DNA of 24,000 bases from an uncultured Clostridia bacterium (GCA_934747965.1 CAKVHI010000003.1:14850-38849); one strand, 5' to 3'; counted from the first letter of the stretch, positions 9,495 to 17,309 are shown. Notes: generated by a model from the sequence alone, not told the origin. Numbers and translations: made by a program.

Positions 9495-9530
9495 AAAAGC
9501 ATACTTTAAAATATTTTAAAATATGCTTTT
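9495..9530 (-). terminator. Intrinsic terminator downstream of argR
   Basis: Near-perfect 18-bp inverted repeat AAAAGCATATTTTAAAAT/ATTTTAAAGTATGCTTTT (minus sense) running into U residues. Confidence 0.75.
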
Positions 9531-9551
9531 CACTTTATCTGGAATATTAAA

Positions 9552-10001
9552 TTATATAATATTAATCAATTTTTCATAAACACTTTCAGCATCCATATTT
9601 GTTTCTGTGATGCACATAACAGTGTCATCGCCATAAACAGTACCCATAAGATTTTCTATATTCATTTTGTCTATGTAACTTGAAATTCCGCCAGCAAAGC
9701 CTTTAAGAGTTTTTACAACCACAAGGTTTTGAGCAGTTTTTACAGATATAACAACTTCTTTATATATACCCACAACTTTGTTAGAGATTTGTTGCTTTTC
9801 AGTTTCTACATAAGCATATTTATATTTTTTGCTGTCAGACATAATCTTGATTAAACCAAGTTCTTTTATATCTCTTGAAACTGTTGCCTGAGTTACATCA
9901 TAATTTAATGCACGCAAAGCATTCACAAGTTCATCTTGCGTTTCTATTTCATTTTTTGCAATAATTTCTAAAATCTTACTTTGCCTTAAAGACCTAGCCA
10001 T
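9552..10001 (-). CDS. argR: Arginine repressor ArgR
   Basis: MARSLRQSKILEIIAKNEIETQDELVNALRALNYDVTQATVSRDIKELGLIKI. The track starts at 10049, but the AAGGAG RBS supports the ATG at 10001. Confidence 0.93.
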   Translation of the reverse strand: MARSLRQSKILEIIAKNEIETQDELVNALRALNYDVTQATVSRDIKELGLIKIMSDSKKYKYAYVETEKQQISNKVVGIYKEVVISVKTAQNLVVVKTLKGFAGGISSYIDKMNIENLMGTVYGDDTVMCITETNMDAESVYEKLINII

Positions 10002-10021
10002 AAATTTCTCCTTTGCAAGTA

Positions 10022-10038
10022 TTGAATAATTATGTAAA
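10022..10038. promoter_or_regulatory. Putative ARG box 1 (over the predicted argR TSS)
   Basis: TTGAATAATTATGTAAA resembles the TGAATwwwwATTCA consensus. Confidence 0.6.
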
Positions 10039-10040
10039 TT

Positions 10041-10069
10041 ATTATACAACGCTTTTTATTTTTATGCAA
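10041..10069 (-). promoter_or_regulatory. SigA-type promoter of argR
   Basis: Minus strand TTGCAT (10069-10064), 17-nt spacer, TATAAT (10046-10041). Confidence 0.75.
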
Positions 10070-10075
10070 GTGTTT

Positions 10076-10092
10076 TTGAATATTTATGCAAA
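10076..10092. promoter_or_regulatory. Putative ARG box 2
   Basis: TTGAATATTTATGCAAA. Confidence 0.5.
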
Positions 10093-10130
10093 AAATTTTT
10101 TATATTTATTCAAAAAATTGAATATTGGTT

Positions 10131-10147
10131 GTGAATATTTATACAAA
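10131..10147. promoter_or_regulatory. Putative ARG box 3
   Basis: GTGAATATTTATACAAA. Confidence 0.45.
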
Positions 10148-10295
10148 CACAACATATTGTGTTGTAAAAAGAGTGCATAATACTACATATTGTGATTAAA
10201 ATTTTAAATAAAAAAGAGAATTTTTAAACAAATCCCCTTACATTTATAAATTTATGAATTTTTTTGAAAATTTAAGAACAAAACTTAAGCCAAAA

Positions 10296-10913
10296 TTACT
10301 TTGTTTCACCATTATTTTCTTTTTTGTCTTTGTCTTTCTTTTTAGATTTATCAGATTTTTTTATTTTAAAGAAACTTAAAAATTTTCCTACCCTTAAAAT
10401 TATTTGGTCAGAATTGTTTACCGCTACCCCCTTAAAAATTGCCTTTCCAAAAACGGTTAGCGAGGTAACAACACTGCTGACAAGCGCAGGAATTAATATT
10501 GCCAAAAATCCACTTTCACCTGAATAAATAAAAACTGCCAAACTAGCACCAACAGCACCCGATAATATTCCACAACTATCGCCAACTATATCGCAACAAA
10601 AACTCGAGATTTTTTCTGCATTTTTTATTAATTTTATACTTTCCTTTGCACCATTTTCTTTTTTTGAAGCCCTTGCCAAAAATGGCTCAATGTTTCCAGC
10701 GGTAACTGCAACACCTATCATATCAAACAAAATTGATATCCCGACAAAAACAATCAAAATTAAAATAGAAATAATAAGTCCAACACCAGAAAGCACTGCC
10801 TCACTTGAAATGTTAAGCACCAAACTTAATGAAAGTGTTATCAGCAACACCCTAATTGGATAAGCCCATGCAATTTTGGTTTTTTTCGGCTTAGATTCTT
10901 TTTCTTCTTTCAT
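10296..10913 (-). CDS. oapA: OLE-associated membrane protein OapA-like
   Basis: 205 aa, ~4 hydrophobic segments. Central region FDMIGVAVTAGNIEPFLARASKKENGAKESIKLIKNAEKISSFCCDIVGDSCGILSGA and highly charged C-terminus. Immediately downstream of the structured noncoding gap after xseB, the known OLE/OapA position. Confidence 0.82.
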   Translation of the reverse strand: MKEEKESKPKKTKIAWAYPIRVLLITLSLSLVLNISSEAVLSGVGLIISILILIVFVGISILFDMIGVAVTAGNIEPFLARASKKENGAKESIKLIKNAEKISSFCCDIVGDSCGILSGAVGASLAVFIYSGESGFLAILIPALVSSVVTSLTVFGKAIFKGVAVNNSDQIILRVGKFLSFFKIKKSDKSKKKDKDKKENNGETK

Positions 10914-10952
10914 TTCCTTTCGACCTTTTTATTTTAGATAAATTATTAATAT

Positions 10953-11481
10953 AAAAAAAATTAGAGAAAATCTTTTGAGTAAACCTTGCAACTTAGGTTC
11001 GGTTGGATTTCCCCACTAAACACACACCGTCGCCGAATGTGTCATTTCTGCTTTGGTTTAGCGCCATAAGGTACCGAATTGCCACTTAGATTACACTATA
11101 ATCCCCAAAAGATATTCTGCCTAGAAGATTTCCTTAACACAAAAATTGTTTAACTAGTCTATTTTGCAAACAATGTTTCAAACATTATGTATTATCCGCA
11201 ATTATTCACTCAAAACAGGCTACTCTGTACATAGCTTTTTGTTCGCCACATAGCAGGTTTAATCCCGATTAGTAGTTAATTTGTCATTATCCACCTTTCA
11301 GGTCTCCACGATAATTGGGTCGGGTATTATATGCCGTTATAATGCGCCCAAAAATCTTAACTTCCAGCATCTGCCCCAGTTTGGGCAACCAAAGCAAACA
11401 CCAGAAACTTCATCGATATGCCCTTCAACGCTATTAATCGTTTTCATTAAAGTTTTTGCGACTAGGATACAGTTTCTCTAA
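10953..11481 (-). ncRNA. ole: OLE RNA (ornate large extremophilic RNA), compact ~530-nt representative
   Basis: Minus-strand promoter just upstream. Complementary termini (TTAGAGAAA at 11481-11473 with TTTCTCTAA at 10969-10961) followed by U8. ~12-bp long-range helix 11398-11387/11058-11047 and several hairpins. Synteny xseB-[RNA]-oapA. No database match run. Confidence 0.83.
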
Positions 11482-11488
11482 CAACATA

Positions 11489-11517
11489 ATTATATCATAT
11501 ACAATATTTTTATGCAA
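11489..11517 (-). promoter_or_regulatory. SigA-type promoter dedicated to the OLE-like RNA
   Basis: Minus strand TTGCAT (11517-11512), exactly 17-nt spacer, TATAAT (11494-11489), located right after the xseB stop. Confidence 0.85.
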
Positions 11518-11529
11518 GAGGTTTCTAAA

Positions 11530-11736
11530 TTATTTGTTTTCATCAAAATTAATTTGATTTAGATCCTCAGTTATTTCAATAATCTTACCATCGCATTTTT
11601 TAATAGATTCATAACAATCTTTTATAATCTTTCCAGCCTCTTCATACTTTTCAACGCTTCGTTCTAAGCCTGTGCTTGAATTTTCAATTTCATTAAGAAT
11701 TTTTTCTAATCTCTCCAAATTTTCTTCAATCGTCAT
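11530..11736 (-). CDS. xseB: Exodeoxyribonuclease VII small subunit
   Basis: MTIEENLERLEKILNEIENSSTGLERSVEKYEEAGKIIKDCYESI. GGAGG RBS supports the ATG at 11736 rather than the track start 11799. Confidence 0.93.
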   Translation of the reverse strand: MTIEENLERLEKILNEIENSSTGLERSVEKYEEAGKIIKDCYESIKKCDGKIIEITEDLNQINFDENK

Positions 11737-12904
11737 CTTGTTTAACCTCCAAAATTTTTGCACAAAAACTTCCGCCATTAAGATAAATTTTAATCTCATC
11801 CCCAGCCAAAACTTTGCCTATATTTTCAACTCTTTCCCCGTCTTTTTCAACCACAGCAAAGCCTAAGTCTTTATACAACAAAGGATTTAACATTTCTTGC
11901 CTTCTTGCATAATCTTTTATAAAATTTTTAAGTGCTTCTTCTTTTTTTTGCAAACAAATTTTAAAATTATTCTTTAAACTTTCAAGTTTAACAACGTCAT
12001 TATTTCTTTTAACAATCAAACTTCTGTTATCTTTTATTTTAAATTTTAAGCAGTTTAAGCAATTATCTTTTTTTGCCATGACCGCTTTATAAATTTGACT
12101 GTAGTAAAAATTCAACAAAGACTCATAATTTTTGCTTTCTTTAACCGCAATTTCCGCCGCAACAGAAGGCGTTGACGCCCTAACATCTGCAACCAAATCA
12201 ATCAACGTATAGTCAGTTTCATGCCCTACAGCCGAAATAATTGGCTTTTCACACTCAAAACAAGCCTTGGCAACAGTTTCGCTGTTAAAAACATTCAAAT
12301 CTTCACTGCTTCCCCCGCCACGAGCAACAATAATAACATCAACTTCTTCAAAATTCGCGAAAAAATTTATACCTTTACAAATTTCTTTTTCAGCATTTTC
12401 CCCTTGCACTTTTGAAGGAAAAACATAAATATTTACATTAGGATTTCGCCTTTTTGAAACCGAGATAATATCCCTTATCACAGCACCCTTATTTGAAGTT
12501 ACAACACCAATGCTTTTAACAATTTTGGGAAGTTCTTTTTTATTCAAAAAATAGCCTTCACTAGCTAGTTTTTCCTTTAACTCACAAAATCGTTTGTAAA
12601 TATCCCCGTTTCCAAAACTTAATATATAAGTTACATTAAAATTAAGTTTTCCACCTTTAACATAATAATTTGGCTTTCCTACAACTTTAACCTTTTCGCC
12701 AATTTTATAATCTTTGTCAGGGCTAAACCACACACAATTTAAACTTGCGAATTCATCTTTAATAACAAAATATGCAACATTACCAGTAATCTTAAAACTT
12801 GAAATTTCTCCAACAACAGCACAGTTATAAAGCATTTCTTCACAATCTAAAATGTTTTTTATAATGTTGTTAAATTCGACCACACTTAAATTATTAAACT
12901 GCAT
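11726..12904 (-). CDS. xseA: Exodeoxyribonuclease VII large subunit
   Basis: OB-fold N-terminus plus VIIVARGGGSSEDLNVFNSETVAKACFECEKPIISAVGHETDYTLIDLVADVRASTPSVAAE. Confidence 0.97.
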   Translation of the reverse strand: MQFNNLSVVEFNNIIKNILDCEEMLYNCAVVGEISSFKITGNVAYFVIKDEFASLNCVWFSPDKDYKIGEKVKVVGKPNYYVKGGKLNFNVTYILSFGNGDIYKRFCELKEKLASEGYFLNKKELPKIVKSIGVVTSNKGAVIRDIISVSKRRNPNVNIYVFPSKVQGENAEKEICKGINFFANFEEVDVIIVARGGGSSEDLNVFNSETVAKACFECEKPIISAVGHETDYTLIDLVADVRASTPSVAAEIAVKESKNYESLLNFYYSQIYKAVMAKKDNCLNCLKFKIKDNRSLIVKRNNDVVKLESLKNNFKICLQKKEEALKNFIKDYARRQEMLNPLLYKDLGFAVVEKDGERVENIGKVLAGDEIKIYLNGGSFCAKILEVKQDDD

Positions 12905-13286
12905 CTATCACCTTTGCAAGCAAGCCATTCACAAATTTGTAACTATTATCTAAAGAGTACTTTTTGCTTAAATCAACTGCCTCATTAACAACAATTTTTA
13001 CAGGCTCAGACAGAAATTTTAGTTGATATATTGCCGTTATCAAAATAGCCAAGTCTGTTTTGCAAATCCTGTCCAATTTATAATTAACCAAATTTTTTTC
13101 AACAATTTCAACAATTTCATCATAATGAAGTTTAATACCTTCAAAATTTTGGTTTATATATTCTTTATCTTCTTCGCTTAGATTTTTGTCTTCTAAAAAT
13201 TCATCTTCATCAAAATCACAATTCTTTTCAAAATTATAAGAAAAAACCATTTGCATAAGATTTTCTCTTGCCGAAATTCTACTCAT
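12894..13286 (-). CDS. nusB: Transcription antitermination factor NusB
   Basis: 130 aa; SRISARENLMQMVFSYNFE...ILITAIYQLKFLSEPVKIVVNEAVDLSKKYSLDNSYKFVNGLLAKV. Confidence 0.96.
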   Translation of the reverse strand: MSRISARENLMQMVFSYNFEKNCDFDEDEFLEDKNLSEEDKEYINQNFEGIKLHYDEIVEIVEKNLVNYKLDRICKTDLAILITAIYQLKFLSEPVKIVVNEAVDLSKKYSLDNSYKFVNGLLAKVIDAV

Positions 13287-13656
13287 TTGCTTCTACCCCA
13301 AATTCAACGCCCATAACATGAACATTTATACTGTTAACTTTAATATCAATCATAGATGAAATGCCGTTTTTAACATTTTCTTGCACTCTATGTGCAACAT
13401 CAGAAACGCTATAGCCATAATAAATGTTAAGATAGATGTCAACAGTTATACCATTATTTTCATACGCAACTTTAACACCATCGCTAACATTGCTTGAAAA
13501 AATCCTTTTCAACCCACTATAAAAATTACTACACAAACCTTGAACACCCGAAATTTCTTTCGCAGCCAAACTTATTATAGAAAGCAAAACCTCTTTATTG
13601 CAATTAACCTTACCTTTATTTTTGTTGCCAGAATCTTCGCCAATTTGATAATTCAT
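13279..13656 (-). CDS. Asp23/Gls24 family (YqhY-like) envelope stress protein
   Basis: VLLSIISLAAKEISGVQGLCSN...IDVKVNSINVHVMGVEF-type Asp23 fold, in the usual position between spoIIIAH and nusB. Confidence 0.9.
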   Translation of the reverse strand: MNYQIGEDSGNKNKGKVNCNKEVLLSIISLAAKEISGVQGLCSNFYSGLKRIFSSNVSDGVKVAYENNGITVDIYLNIYYGYSVSDVAHRVQENVKNGISSMIDIKVNSINVHVMGVEFGVEANE

Positions 13657-13692
13657 AACTTCCCCTTAATTAGTATAAATTAAATATAATAA

Positions 13693-13722
13693 ATTATAAT
13701 AGAAAAATTACGCTTTTGTCAA
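13693..13722 (-). promoter_or_regulatory. SigA-type promoter for the asp23-nusB-xseA-xseB operon
   Basis: Minus strand TTGACA (13722-13717), 18-nt spacer, TATAAT (13698-13693). Confidence 0.75.
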
Positions 13723-13806
13723 TCTAATTTTTAAATTAATTTTTTTGTTTAAAAAAACTTTAAACAAACTTCTAATCTGCTTAAAGTTTTAAAATCATTT
13801 TTGTTT

Positions 13807-14280
13807 TTATTCCACAGGAATAACCTTTATATTGTCAAAACTTGTGCCTGTTTGCTCTTTAACAATAGAGAAAATCTTTTTAATTTCAGCTTTTCCAAGT
13901 TCGCCAGATTTGATAATAACATTTACAGTGTTAGCTGAAGTTGTTACGATACAATCTTCAAATCCTTGAGCTTTTATTAGTCCTTCTGTAACAAGTTCAG
14001 TTTCCATAGCAGAAATTAAACTTAATTTTTTGCTTTCAGCAAGATTTTTTGAGTCGGCACTTGAAGTTTCACTGTTCAAAATCGCATCATAGTATAACAA
14101 TTCCTGATCTCTTGTTGTTTGCCTGTCTGTTCTGTATGTTACAAAGAAATTTCCTGTTGTAACTGTAGTTGAAGTGTTAGACGCTGTTAAATTATTGTTC
14201 AAAACAATGTTTAAAACCCCCGTTACAATAAGCAAACACATCATAACGCTTAAAATGATAATTTTTTTCTTTTTACTCAT
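13807..14280 (-). CDS. spoIIIAH: Stage III sporulation protein AH
   Basis: MSKKKKIIILSVMMCLLIVTGVLNI...YRTDRQTTRDQELLYYDAILNSE...IKAQGFEDCIVTTSANTVNVIIKSGELGKAEIKKIFSIV. RBS AGGGGTG supports the start at 14280. Confidence 0.93.
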   Translation of the reverse strand: MSKKKKIIILSVMMCLLIVTGVLNIVLNNNLTASNTSTTVTTGNFFVTYRTDRQTTRDQELLYYDAILNSETSSADSKNLAESKKLSLISAMETELVTEGLIKAQGFEDCIVTTSANTVNVIIKSGELGKAEIKKIFSIVKEQTGTSFDNIKVIPVE

Positions 14281-14293
14281 AATACACCCCTTT

Positions 14294-14875
14294 TTATTTT
14301 CCTGCAAAAACTTGGATATTTTCGCTAGGAATAGATACTATTGCTTCTACGGCTTTCAAGATGTTAAGTTTAACATTAATATCTTCAGCCCCACCAGCAA
14401 CAACCAAAACTCCGTTAACTTTTGGCAAAATCTCCATCAAAATTATGGGTTTGCTTGTCCCGTTCTCTGTAACAATAATCGGAGTTTTAACAACTGTTAC
14501 ATTTTTTCCTTTTTCGTTTTCCACTGTTTTTTCCTCAACATTGTTAGCAATCACAACTTCTCCACCACTTGAAACACTAACCACAACAGCAACATTTTTA
14601 ACACCTTTCAAACTACTTAAAGTCGAAGTTAGTTTTTCTTCCAAAAGTTTGGCGTATTCACTTGAACTTGTAACCAAAACTTGGGAAGAAGATTCAGCAT
14701 TTGTTTTTGTACTGCTTTTTTGAGGACTGAAATTTACAAAATAGATAACAAGCAGTAAACTAATAAATATTATGCAAATTATTATTTCAATATGCTTAAC
14801 ATTTTTAAGTTTTTTGAACAACGGCAATTTAAAAAGATTTTCAACTAATTTTCCATCTTTTTTATTCTCACTCAC
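14294..14875 (-). CDS. spoIIIAG: Stage III sporulation protein AG
   Basis: N-terminal TM, YAKLLEEKLTSTLSSLKGVKNVAVVVSVSSGGE..., GVLVVAGGAEDINVKLNILKAVEAI, in spoIIIA order. Confidence 0.93.
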   Translation of the reverse strand: MSENKKDGKLVENLFKLPLFKKLKNVKHIEIIICIIFISLLLVIYFVNFSPQKSSTKTNAESSSQVLVTSSSEYAKLLEEKLTSTLSSLKGVKNVAVVVSVSSGGEVVIANNVEEKTVENEKGKNVTVVKTPIIVTENGTSKPIILMEILPKVNGVLVVAGGAEDINVKLNILKAVEAIVSIPSENIQVFAGK

Positions 14876-15359
14876 TTATCACCACCTTTTCACTTTCTAT
14901 CCCCAAAACAGAAATAATGATTGATTTTATTTCCTGATATTTATCTATATGCAAGCCATTATTATTGATAACTAAATTTTTCAAATTAACATTAACTTTT
15001 TCAATTTGAAATCTCTTTGTCGACAAATTCAAACCAATTTCTACTTTACCCCCCCAAAAACCCTTACTATTAAGTTGTTCTACACAAACTTTTTCCAAAT
15101 TTTCTTTATATGAATTATTATAATTTTTTATATAATCTTCATTTATTTCAACACTTGATTGATTGTAAATAAACTTATTAAAATCTATATCATTTATATT
15201 TATTTTAAGAACAGGTGAAATCATAACAAACACAACAAAAACAGAAAAAATCGCTTTTATATATTTTTGCATTTCACCTTCAGGCAATATCAAATCAACA
15301 AGCACACTAATAATAACAATCCCAACAACAGACAAAAGCCATCCAGAAATCAAACTCAT
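14868..15359 (-). CDS. spoIIIAF: Stage III sporulation protein AF
   Basis: Two N-terminal TMs (LPEGEMQKYIKAIFSVFVVFVMISPV), in spoIIIA order. Confidence 0.92.
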   Translation of the reverse strand: MSLISGWLLSVVGIVIISVLVDLILPEGEMQKYIKAIFSVFVVFVMISPVLKININDIDFNKFIYNQSSVEINEDYIKNYNNSYKENLEKVCVEQLNSKGFWGGKVEIGLNLSTKRFQIEKVNVNLKNLVINNNGLHIDKYQEIKSIIISVLGIESEKVVISE

Positions 15360-15362
15360 TCT

Positions 15363-16559
15363 TTACCCCCAATAAACATTACCTGAAGTCATTAAAAGTC
15401 CAACAGAAATAAGATACATAAGAGCGACACACAAAATTGACGCAATAAGCATATTTATTGCCTTAGAAACCGAAAACAAAAAGTTTGAAATTTTGTCATC
15501 CATCATAGGCTCAAGAACAGCCGACAATAGATGAAGAGCCCATTTAAACACCAAAATCGTAACTATAGGCGACAAAATAGACAAAATAATAAGCAATAGT
15601 CCTGCAGTGCCAACAGCATTTTTAATCAAAACCGAACTTGCCATTATAAGGTTAAAACCATCACTTAAATAACCCCCAACAATAGGAACATAAGTCTTTA
15701 AAGCATATTTTGTCGTTCTTATTGAAACACTATCAAAACTTCCGGCGCTTATACCTTTTATAGCCATAGTGCCGGTAAACACAGTAAAAACAATGCCTAT
15801 AACCCATTTAAAAACATCATTTAATAAACTAGAAAATTTGTTTAATTTAACATTATTTGATAAATTTCCAACGACCGAAATAACAAAACTTACCAAAAAA
15901 ATAGGCAAAACAATGTAACTAAAAACATTTATAATCAGCCCACTAAGCATAGCCATTATCGGCTGGTAAATTCCAACACTTACGGTATTCCCAACAGAAG
16001 CCATAAGAGTTAAAATTATTGGAAAAATAACTTCCATTTGGTTTTGCATAGATTTTATAGAAGAAGTTGCAATATTTACCAAGTTTGTAATGCTTGCACA
16101 AACAATTATAATAACTGCCGAATAACAAACAAAGTGAACAATACTAGACAAATTTTTGTTGCCTTTTGTTTTGAAATGTCCAACAACATTTGAAAGTATT
16201 GCCAAGGCAAAAACCGAAGCCAAAAGCGGAATTATCTTTTTAAAATCAGACAAAAAAGTTTTTAAAAAGGAAGAAAACAAATCTTTAAAATCAAATGAAT
16301 ACTCGCCACTTATAAGCTTTTTAACCTTGTCTAAAAAACTACTTGCCCCAAAGTTTTCCGAGTTTTCTAGTTTGCTTAATTCATCATCTAAATCTTTAAA
16401 ATCAAAGAAACCGAGTTTATCGTCCGTTTCTTTTTGTAAATCTTCTTCAATAGATATTGAATAGTTAAGCCCTTCACTTTTACAATCTTTGTTAAAACAA
16501 ACAAAACTACAAGAGATTAAGGCTATTATAAATACCAAAATCAAAAAACGCTTTTTCAT
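15363..16559 (-). CDS. spoIIIAE: Stage III sporulation protein AE
   Basis: Polytopic protein with signal-like MKKRFLILVFIIALISC. ATG at 16559 overlaps the spoIIIAD TGA (ATGA). The track start at 16616 is probably too far upstream. Confidence 0.93.
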   Translation of the reverse strand: MKKRFLILVFIIALISCSFVCFNKDCKSEGLNYSISIEEDLQKETDDKLGFFDFKDLDDELSKLENSENFGASSFLDKVKKLISGEYSFDFKDLFSSFLKTFLSDFKKIIPLLASVFALAILSNVVGHFKTKGNKNLSSIVHFVCYSAVIIIVCASITNLVNIATSSIKSMQNQMEVIFPIILTLMASVGNTVSVGIYQPIMAMLSGLIINVFSYIVLPIFLVSFVISVVGNLSNNVKLNKFSSLLNDVFKWVIGIVFTVFTGTMAIKGISAGSFDSVSIRTTKYALKTYVPIVGGYLSDGFNLIMASSVLIKNAVGTAGLLLIILSILSPIVTILVFKWALHLLSAVLEPMMDDKISNFLFSVSKAINMLIASILCVALMYLISVGLLMTSGNVYWG

Positions 16560-16942
16560 TTTATAATACCCACAATAGTAGTTATCATTGAACTTATTAT
16601 CGGAAGAGCCAAACATAAAATTATTACCTTCCCAGCAAGCAAAACCTTGTCAGCGACCGAACTGTTTCCCGTATCTTGGCAAACATTTGCGCCAAATTCA
16701 GTTATATAACCAACACCTACTATTTTTAATACGCTAGAAAACAACGCAAAATCAACTTTTGTTTTACTCACAATTTGGACAAACGAATTAACAATTTGCC
16801 CTAAATAATTTACTAAACTTATCAAAATTATAATTCCGCCAGCCAAAGAAACCAAAATCGACAATTCTGGTTTAAATTGCTTTAGAACAATAGTAGCAAC
16901 ACAAGTAACAACTCCTATAATAATAATTTTGATTATATCCAC
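16556..16942 (-). CDS. spoIIIAD: Stage III sporulation protein AD
   Basis: VDIIKIIIIGVVTCVATIVLKQFKPELSILVSLAGGIIILI. A GTG start at 16942 fits the family better than the track start 17011. Confidence 0.92.
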   Translation of the reverse strand: MDIIKIIIIGVVTCVATIVLKQFKPELSILVSLAGGIIILISLVNYLGQIVNSFVQIVSKTKVDFALFSSVLKIVGVGYITEFGANVCQDTGNSSVADKVLLAGKVIILCLALPIISSMITTIVGIIK

Positions 16943-17056
16943 ACCGCCCCCATAAGAAAAATAATAAGTTAGCACAAGCCTTGTTACAAATAAAATTAGC
17001 ATTACAAACACGGATAAGTAAAGTTATATTTTAATAACATTAAAACTCAAATCCAC

Positions 17057-17254
17057 TCAAAACAAGGTAAACAAATTTTTAACTGTTGTAAACAACTCGT
17101 TAATAAGTTTTACCACCATTAAAAGTACAATTATTAACCCAGACAAAGTTGTAAAAGTTGCAATTTCATCCTTTCCTGCATATTTTAAAACTTGATTTAC
17201 GACCGCTGTTAAAATTCCTATTCCCGCTATCTTAAAAATTATTTCAACACCCAT
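17057..17254 (-). CDS. spoIIIAC: Stage III sporulation protein AC
   Basis: 65 aa, two TMs: MGVEIIFKIAGIGILTAVVNQVLKYAGKDEIATFTTLSGLIIVLLMVV. Confidence 0.95.
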   Translation of the reverse strand: MGVEIIFKIAGIGILTAVVNQVLKYAGKDEIATFTTLSGLIIVLLMVVKLINELFTTVKNLFTLF

Positions 17255-17275
17255 TTTTACCCCTTTTGCATAGTA

Positions 17276-17309
17276 TTTTGCATAGTACTATGCATAGTAC
17301 TATGCAAAA
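17276..17309. repeat. 34-bp perfect palindrome built from two overlapping GCATAGTACTATGC palindromes
   Basis: TTTTGCATAGTACTATGCATAGTACTATGCAAAA. An extra GCATAGTA lies at 17269-17276. Confidence 0.9.

Noticed and set aside
9361-9551. T-box riboswitch upstream of trpS
   Set aside because: The leader after the predicted promoter is only ~75 nt, with no T-box sequence or specifier-loop architecture.
10146-10163. AACACAA-CATA-TTGTGTT small palindrome downstream of oapA
   Set aside because: Short stem without a U-tract in an AT-rich spacer. Insufficient support for a terminator or operator.
11281-11481. 66-aa + strand ORF inside the noncoding gap
   Set aside because: It is antisense to a strongly promoted, structured RNA, has no recognisable protein features and is a chance open frame.
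10953-11481. Alternative identities for the structured RNA: tmRNA, RNase P RNA, 6S RNA, group I/II intron
   Set aside because: I see none of their hallmark features: no tRNA-like ends or tag ORF, no RNase P core motifs, no 6S bubble layout, and no group II GUGYG start or domain V. The xseB/oapA context points to OLE.
13744-13768. Inverted repeat TTTGTTTAAA-AAAAC-TTTAAACAAA as terminator of spoIIIAH
   Set aside because: Made almost only of A/T and not followed by a U-tract in the minus-strand direction. It could be chance in this AT-rich spacer.
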